Shown here piece after piece: positions 58,449-64,000 of a stretch of 64,000 nucleotides of DNA. The stretch lies in NCBI GenBank assembly GCA_035529435.1, contig DATKWS010000113.1, positions 13,001 through 77,000 of the forward strand. Reading direction: 5' to 3'. Position numbers and translations under genes: made by a program. The first letter of the stretch is position 1, and every line of letters begins with the position of its first letter. The notes under the pieces were generated by a model. The model saw nothing but the letters and a program-made list of their open reading frames with translations. It was not told the DNA's origin and ran no database searches. This DNA comes from Patescibacteria group bacterium. Its GTDB lineage: Bacteria > Krumholzibacteriota > Krumholzibacteriia > Krumholzibacteriales > Krumholzibacteriaceae.

Positions 58449-60236
58449 CTATGATACTTCGGTGGATTCGACCAGTTTCCGGTTCGCCAGATGGAGATTC
58501 ATGTGAAAGCGGCCGTTCGAGGGTTCCAGTCCGACGGCGCGCTCGAAGTAGCGGATCGACTCCCCGTACAAGCCGCGGTTCGCGAGAAGACACCCGAGCG
58601 CATTGCAGGCGTTGCCGTCGTCGTGCCGCCTGCTCACGGCATCCCGCAGGTGCCGCTCGGCTTCATCGATACGACCCAGTTTCTCCAGCACGATCGCCAG
58701 GTTGACCTCGGCCCGGCAGTCGTGCGGCGCGAGACGGTGGGCACGGTGGAAGGCGGCCAGCGCGGCGGCGAGGTCACCGCTGCGCTGGTGGAGGCACCCG
58801 AGGCTCGCCAGAACGAGCGGATTCCCGGGCTCGACGGAGAGGAGCCGTTTGTACACGGCAAGTGCTCCCCCGTCGTTGCCGCCCATCTCGAGAATCTTGC
58901 CCTGGAGCAGGAGAAGGGCCTCGTTGCCTGGGTGCTGATCCATGGCCCGCCCGACGATTCGCTCCGCACGATCGATCGCACCCATCCTGATGCAGAGGTG
59001 CAGGGACCGCAGGTACACCCTCAGCGGCACATCGGGCAGGAACCGAAGTGTATCCAGCGTGCGCAGCGCTTCCGTCGCGTCGCCCCGCGCGAACAGGATC
59101 TCCGCGCGCACGGCCCGCGCTCCCGGCCGGTACGGATCGGCCGCCAGCGCCTCGCCGATGTACTCGAACGCCCCCTCGATATCCCCGGCCTCCCGGCACG
59201 CAACGGCCGCCCGTTCGAGCAGGCCCGCGTCCGGTCCCCCGCGTTCGATGCCAAGAAGAAAGCTTCGAAGCGCCTCTGCCGGTTCGCCGTTTTCCAGATA
59301 CGCCGCCCCGAGGTTGCAGTACAGTTCGCGCGCGTTACGCTCGACGTGGAGCGCGCATTGAAACCAGGCGATGGCATTCACTGTCATTCCGGAGCGGAGA
59401 TCGATCAATCCGCGAAGGTTCAGGAACTGCCAGCAATCGGGTACGATCTCGAGGCAGTGGGTGATCAGGCCCCGCGCCTCGTTCAGGTTCCCGAGAACGA
59501 ACAGCTGAACGGTTGTCTCGAACGCGTAGTGCACGTTCCGGCGGTGCACGGCGGGCAGCCGGGAAGCGGAGGCGAGGTAGGCGAGCGCATTGCGGTAGAT
59601 CCGCTCGCGCGGCTCCAGCCTGCCGTAATGATGAATCGTGACAGCGGCGTCGATCGTGCGCAGGCCGTGCGCCTGAAGGGCGGATTCGATCTCCTCGAAA
59701 ACGCGGCCGCGATAGCGGATCCGCTCGTCCCTCCTGAAGAGACGGACCTGCCGGCATGCGACGAAGCCCCGTGCGCCTCCCGACATCCTCGCATCGCGCG
59801 GGATCGGCTGCCAGCCGAACGTTGTCGGTTCGTTGCAGTACGTACGCTGTTCGAACGTGTATGCCGGGGCGCCAGGATGCGAGATACAATCACGGATCAC
59901 GCGATGATCGCTGCGCGCAATCTCCTCGTCGGCGTCGAGAACCAGAATCCATTCCGTGCCCGCCCGCGCCAGTGCGGCATTTCTCGCCTCGCTGAAATCA
60001 TCGCGCCACGCGAGATCGATTACCCGCGCTCCGGCGCCCCGGGCCTCGGCGCCGGTACCGCCTCCGGTCCCTGTATCGACAACGATCACCTCACCGGCCA
60101 GATCCTTGACACTCCCTATGGCGCGGCTGATCCGTGACTCCCCGTCTCCGGCGATCATGCAACAGCAGACACCACTGCGCTGCATGCCTTTAATTTTTTT
60201 GAAATCAATGACTTCTACTTTGCATCCGCGCGGCAT
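58449..60236 (-). CDS. family-2 glycosyltransferase fused to TPR repeats
   Basis: N-terminal GT-A fold (IVVDTGTGGGT, DADE motif in LVLDADEEI), followed by about 8 TPR-like repeats. Confidence 0.7.
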   Translation of the reverse strand: MPRGCKVEVIDFKKIKGMQRSGVCCCMIAGDGESRISRAIGSVKDLAGEVIVVDTGTGGGTGAEARGAGARVIDLAWRDDFSEARNAALARAGTEWILVLDADEEIARSDHRVIRDCISHPGAPAYTFEQRTYCNEPTTFGWQPIPRDARMSGGARGFVACRQVRLFRRDERIRYRGRVFEEIESALQAHGLRTIDAAVTIHHYGRLEPRERIYRNALAYLASASRLPAVHRRNVHYAFETTVQLFVLGNLNEARGLITHCLEIVPDCWQFLNLRGLIDLRSGMTVNAIAWFQCALHVERNARELYCNLGAAYLENGEPAEALRSFLLGIERGGPDAGLLERAAVACREAGDIEGAFEYIGEALAADPYRPGARAVRAEILFARGDATEALRTLDTLRFLPDVPLRVYLRSLHLCIRMGAIDRAERIVGRAMDQHPGNEALLLLQGKILEMGGNDGGALAVYKRLLSVEPGNPLVLASLGCLHQRSGDLAAALAAFHRAHRLAPHDCRAEVNLAIVLEKLGRIDEAERHLRDAVSRRHDDGNACNALGCLLANRGLYGESIRYFERAVGLEPSNGRFHMNLHLANRKLVESTEVS

Positions 60237-60449
60237 TTCCCGCCCCCGAACCGTATCTCCCGTAGATCAACGGAAATATTCACCGGGGATGCATCAAGAG
60301 ACATGCCACGCGCGCGCGGCGTGCGTGTATATCGCGACGCGGATCATTCTTCCGGGGACCTTGTGCGCGGCGATGCGCGCAACGACGTCCCGTGCCCGGG
60401 ACGGGTATGGATGCGGTGCGGCGGTGCGAGCGGCGGGCGCCCGCGAGAT

Positions 60450-60770
60450 CTATTTCTTGAAGAATCCCCCGAGATACGAAGCGTACTTCTCCGAGATGCT
60501 GCTGATCGGGAGCTCCAGAATCTCGGCGACATCGTACGAGTGGACGCGCTCGACGAGTTCCTTGAGCGCATCGAACTGCCCCTTCGTACTCTTCACGATC
60601 ATCAGTGCTTCCTCAGAGTGGTGGACCTCCCCCTTCCAGTGGTAGATCGAATTGCACGGGGAGATGATATTGATACAGGGAGCCGAACCGGATTCGATGA
60701 GCTGCATGGCGATCGTCTCGGCCTCCTCACGATTCGACGTCGTGATGAGGACGATCGTATACTCCTCCAT
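60450..60770 (-). CDS. cutA: divalent-cation tolerance protein CutA
   Basis: 106-aa CutA1 fold (PCINIISPCNSIYHWKGEV...). Confidence 0.8.
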   Translation of the reverse strand: MEEYTIVLITTSNREEAETIAMQLIESGSAPCINIISPCNSIYHWKGEVHHSEEALMIVKSTKGQFDALKELVERVHSYDVAEILELPISSISEKYASYLGGFFKK

Positions 60771-60852
60771 GGGATTCCTCCTGTCGATCGGGAAAGAGAT
60801 ATCCGGGCCATTGTAATCCGATAACCCGTATCCAACAACAGCGAAATGGTGC

Positions 60853-61073
60853 TATACCTTAATCCGTCAATACTGTCGTCGTTGATGGACCGGCCGGGCG
60901 CGTAGGGACGGCGGCCGACGGCGAGTTCCGCAGCGCACCGGCACGCCACAACGTGTGATCTCCCGGGATACAACGCTTCCGATCCGGTGCGCGAGGACTG
61001 TTTGAGACGGAGCGCCCCCGTCCCGGCGCCCGGCCACACATTCACATACACAAGAATGACGGATTAAGGTATA
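60853..61073. repeat. perfect 17-bp inverted repeat pair (TATACCTTAATCCGTCA ... TGACGGATTAAGGTATA) bracketing a 187-bp GC-rich spacer
   Basis: Arms at 60853-60869 and 61057-61073 are exact reverse complements. Both are followed by an ACTGTC word. Located in the divergent intergenic region between cutA (minus) and the phosphodiesterase gene (plus). Confidence 0.6.
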
Positions 61074-61145
61074 CTGTCATCTCCCCCACGGCGCCGCGTG
61101 CGGACGCGTCGGCCGTACCGCGCCGGTACGGAGAAAGGACAGTGC

Positions 61146-61652
61146 ATGCTTATCGCCGTTATCAGTGACACGCATGACCATCTCGGGAATCTCGACCGTG
61201 CGATGGCGCAGATCCTGGAGCGGTCGCCCGCACTCTGTTTCCATTGCGGCGATCTCTGTTCGCCGTTCGTCGTCGAACACCTCGCGCAATTTCACGGTCC
61301 CATGCACGTCGTGTTCGGCAACAACGAGGGTGACCGGTACACCATCCGGACGGTCGTGGACGGCTTCCCGAATATCACCCTGCACGGCGAAATGGGATTC
61401 GTGAAGACCGGCCATGTCGAGATCGCCTTCACCCACCGGCCCGAGTTCGCGCGGGGACTGGCCAGCACCGGGCGGTACCGGGCGGTATTCTACGGTCACA
61501 CACATCGACGGAAAACGGAGACGGTGAACGGGACCTGGCTCGTGAACCCGGGAGAGCTGATGGGACTCTTCGAATCACCCGGTTGGCTGCTGTTCGACCT
61601 CGCCGATGGGAGCGGGAGGCATTTCACGGTAAAGGGTGAGCAGGATTCGTGA
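61146..61652 (+). CDS. YfcE/MJ0936-family metallophosphoesterase (phosphodiesterase)
   Basis: MLIAVISDTHD, GDL..P, GNNEGD and GHTH motifs. Start at the ATG at 61146 with a GGAGAAAGG RBS. Confidence 0.75.
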   Translation: MLIAVISDTHDHLGNLDRAMAQILERSPALCFHCGDLCSPFVVEHLAQFHGPMHVVFGNNEGDRYTIRTVVDGFPNITLHGEMGFVKTGHVEIAFTHRPEFARGLASTGRYRAVFYGHTHRRKTETVNGTWLVNPGELMGLFESPGWLLFDLADGSGRHFTVKGEQDS

Positions 61653-61669
61653 ATGCCTCATCGAGGCGG

Positions 61670-62599
61670 TCAGTTCCCGCCGGGCGGCCCTGTCCGGAAC
61701 GTGATATCGGGGCGCCGTTCGTGCAGGAACGCGAGCGCCTCCGCCCGGCTCGGAATGCCGGCCCTGCCGCCGAGGCGCCGGCACTTCATGGCGGCCACCG
61801 CGTTGGCGAAAAGGCACATGCGGTACGGATCCCACCCCTCGAGGACGGCACAGAGGAAAGCGCCGTGAAAAACATCCCCCGCACCGGTTGTATCGACCGC
61901 GCGAACCGGGAATCCGGGGACCTCGATCATGCCATCCCCGGTCAGGGCCATGCATCCCCGCTCACCCAGCGTCACGACGGCGGCCTCGGCGCCCAGCGCG
62001 AAGATGCTCCGGAGCGCCTCCCCGGCGCCCCCGCCCTCCGATATCTGCCCGGCGAACACCTCGCTCGCCACGATGAAATCGCACAGCGGAAGAAGCTCGG
62101 CGACTCCCTCGCGCACGGTGCCGGCGTCCATGACGACGGGAATGCCCTCTTCGCGCGCGGCGCGGGCGGCGGCGCGGGCCGCCGTGGGTTCGAGACTGTC
62201 GACGAGGAGCGCGCCGGCGGAGATCACGAGACCGAGGTCGACTTCGGGCGTTTCGATGGGAGAAACCGTACCCCTCGTCCAGAGGATCGTTCTCGCGCCG
62301 GTTTCGGCATCCACCATGATGAAGGCGAACTGGGATGCGGCACCATGCTCGACGATCACGGACGAGCAGTCGACCCCCTCCGTTACGAGCTCGGAGAGCA
62401 TCCGCTCTCCGGGATAGTCGTCCCCCACCTTGCCGATAAATGAAACCGAGAGACCGAGACGCCGGGCGGTCACGGCCGCCGTCGCGGCGGGTCCACCGCC
62501 CTGCACCAGGAACTCACGAAGCTCGAGTTTCTTGTTCTGCTCCGGAAAATGCGGAATGATACCGAGATAGTCGAGGGCCGTGTATCCCAGACCGACCAT
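61670..62599 (-). CDS. PfkB-family carbohydrate/nucleoside kinase (ribokinase-like)
   Basis: GGGPAATAA glycine motif and C-terminal DTTGAGDVFHGAF anion-hole / catalytic Asp motif. Start at MVGLGYTALD. Confidence 0.75.
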   Translation of the reverse strand: MVGLGYTALDYLGIIPHFPEQNKKLELREFLVQGGGPAATAAVTARRLGLSVSFIGKVGDDYPGERMLSELVTEGVDCSSVIVEHGAASQFAFIMVDAETGARTILWTRGTVSPIETPEVDLGLVISAGALLVDSLEPTAARAAARAAREEGIPVVMDAGTVREGVAELLPLCDFIVASEVFAGQISEGGGAGEALRSIFALGAEAAVVTLGERGCMALTGDGMIEVPGFPVRAVDTTGAGDVFHGAFLCAVLEGWDPYRMCLFANAVAAMKCRRLGGRAGIPSRAEALAFLHERRPDITFRTGPPGGN

Positions 62600-62621
62600 A
62601 TCGAACCGCCGAACGCCCGTG

Positions 62622-64000
62622 TCACCGTTCCGTTTCCGCATGTCCTTTGAGATGCCGTCTGAATGCCGCCACCGATTCGACGATGAGCCACAGAACGAGT
62701 ATCAGGATCACGGAGCCCACGGCGAGGAGCGGCCAGTGCCGCTGGGCGAGGTTCGTTCCGAGCTTCATGATCATAGCGGTGAGCGTCATCGCCATCATGC
62801 CGATCATGGGGATCAGGGTATAGAGAATCGGCTTGCCGAGACGGTACAGGAAGAGGGATACGGCGAGCAGCCCGAGCGCGGCGAGAACCTGGTTGGTCGT
62901 TCCGAAGAGCTCCCAGAGCGTGAGTCCCGCCGGCTTGCCCTCCACCGTCATCAGGCTGAAATAGGCGATCCCCAGCACGGCGACGACGGCGGCGATGAAA
63001 CGATTCCGCAGCGGCCGTATACGCAATCCCTCTCCCAGCTCCTCGAGGTTGTACCTGAGGAGCCGCGTGCCCGAATCGAGTGTCGTCATCGCGAAACCAA
63101 CCGCCATCACGACGATGAAACTCCGCGCGATATCGATCGGAATCCCGATCTTCGAGATGAATGTCCCGGCTCCCATGACGAAGGCTTCCATCTTGGCCGC
63201 GAGCCCGGAGGCCGCCTGCCACGACGAGTAGCGATCGAACCATTCCGCGCGCGATACGCCCGCCGTGCAGGCGAGAAGCACTATCATCGCGAGCAGCCCC
63301 TCGGCGAGCATGCCGCCGTAACCGATCGGGAGCGCGTCACTCTCCCGGTCGAGCTGCTTCGAGGTGGTGCCGGTCGAGACGAGGCTGTGGAATCCCGAGA
63401 TGGCACCGCACGCGACGGTGATAAACAGAAAGGGAAAGAGGGGCGGCGCCCCCGTCTCTACGTGATTGATCGCGGGAGCGGTGATCGTGGGATGGAAGAC
63501 GAAGAGTCCGGCGTACATCAGGACCATGCCGATCACGAGTTGGTACGCGTTCAGGTAGTCCCGCGGTTGCAGGAGCAACCACACGGGGAGAACCGAGGCG
63601 ATGTACGCGTAGGTGATCAGGATGAACACCCAGGCGGTCTGGCCGATCCCCCGTACGGGATACCGCAGACCGAGCCAGATCGTAAGGAACATGACGATGA
63701 GCGCCACGATGGTGGCGGGCGCCAGTTTCACCCGCTTACGGTACACGAGTGAACCGACGATAACGGCGAGAACGACGAGGGCCATGACGGGAATGACCGA
63801 TTCGGGATGATGCGCGCTCGAGAAAAGCGTCGCGATGATGCGCACGAACGTACCCATGGCGAGCGACAGCACGAAGAAGATGAGGAGAAGAAAGAGGATG
63901 TGCGCCCGCGGACCGACCAGTACACGCGTGACATCGCCGATCGACCTTCCCCGGTTGCGAATCGAGATGTAGAGCGCGGAAAGATCATGGATGCAGCCGA
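62622..64000 (-). CDS. cstA: carbon starvation protein CstA (5' end lies beyond the window)
   Basis: Polytopic membrane protein. The frame stays open upstream of the track Met to the window edge (…DLSALYISIRNRGRSIGDV…), which matches the conserved CstA N-terminal region. The C-terminal blocks are also CstA-like. Confidence 0.8.
   Translation of the reverse strand, partial: GCIHDLSALYISIRNRGRSIGDVTRVLVGPRAHILFLLLIFFVLSLAMGTFVRIIATLFSSAHHPESVIPVMALVVLAVIVGSLVYRKRVKLAPATIVALIVMFLTIWLGLRYPVRGIGQTAWVFILITYAYIASVLPVWLLLQPRDYLNAYQLVIGMVLMYAGLFVFHPTITAPAINHVETGAPPLFPFLFITVACGAISGFHSLVSTGTTSKQLDRESDALPIGYGGMLAEGLLAMIVLLACTAGVSRAEWFDRYSSWQAASGLAAKMEAFVMGAGTFISKIGIPIDIARSFIVVMAVGFAMTTLDSGTRLLRYNLEELGEGLRIRPLRNRFIAAVVAVLGIAYFSLMTVEGKPAGLTLWELFGTTNQVLAALGLLAVSLFLYRLGKPILYTLIPMIGMMAMTLTAMIMKLGTNLAQRHWPLLAVGSVILILVLWLIVESVAAFRRHLKGHAETER

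Noticed and set aside
60853-61073. Confident call of the 17-bp inverted repeat unit as a MITE
   Set aside because: No flanking target-site duplication is evident, and only one copy can be seen in this window. It is kept as a repeat or regulatory candidate rather than annotated as a mobile element.
1-64000. CRISPR arrays, rRNA or tRNA genes
   Set aside because: No regularly spaced direct repeats, no rRNA-like conserved stretches and no convincing tRNA cloverleaf or T-loop (GGTTCGAATCC-like) sequences were seen in the intergenic regions.

Overview
This is a high-GC (about 65-70%) bacterial chromosomal window that is densely coding on both strands. Core functions, in order along the window:
- A YhaO/YhaN-like (SbcD/SbcC-type) nuclease plus membrane-anchored SMC-like ATPase pair.
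- ftcD, pgi and apbE.
- A complete rnfABCDGE operon on the minus strand.
- dpaL and glgP.
- Two tandem CorC/HlyC transporters.
- A complete tolQ-tolR-tolA-tolB-pal-ybgF cluster on the minus strand.
- thrC, pgeF and an aminotransferase.
- A PtsN-like EIIA, a CBS protein and an ArsB/NhaD permease.
- Two ECF sigma/anti-sigma modules, one followed by two Spy/CpxP-like periplasmic proteins.
- An archaeal-type FBP aldolase/phosphatase, a DUF62 SAM hydrolase, a patatin, a GT2-TPR protein and cutA.
- A partial cstA at the 3' edge.

The accessory content stands out by composition:
- A low-GC island between apbE and rnfE carries a DUF222-HNH selfish-element-like gene, a DUF488 gene, and a 1068-aa single-chain MmeI-like (Type IIL) nuclease-methyltransferase.
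- A second small AT-rich patch carries a hypothetical 153-aa protein followed by a Cas4-like Fe-S PD-(D/E)xK nuclease. This is a candidate two-gene defence or repair cassette.

Other notable items:
- A secreted protein with a DUF4384-like domain, a Tyr/Trp-rich aromatic block and a very long Arg/Ser/Thr-rich basic tail.
- An outer-membrane beta-barrel gene with an in-frame TGA inside its signal peptide.
- A perfect 17-bp inverted repeat pair bracketing a 187-bp GC-rich spacer between cutA and a phosphodiesterase gene.
- A radical SAM protein with an apparent Cx4Cx2C cluster motif.

No CRISPR array, rRNA or convincing tRNA was seen. Many long ORFs in the six-frame track are antisense artefacts of the high GC content.
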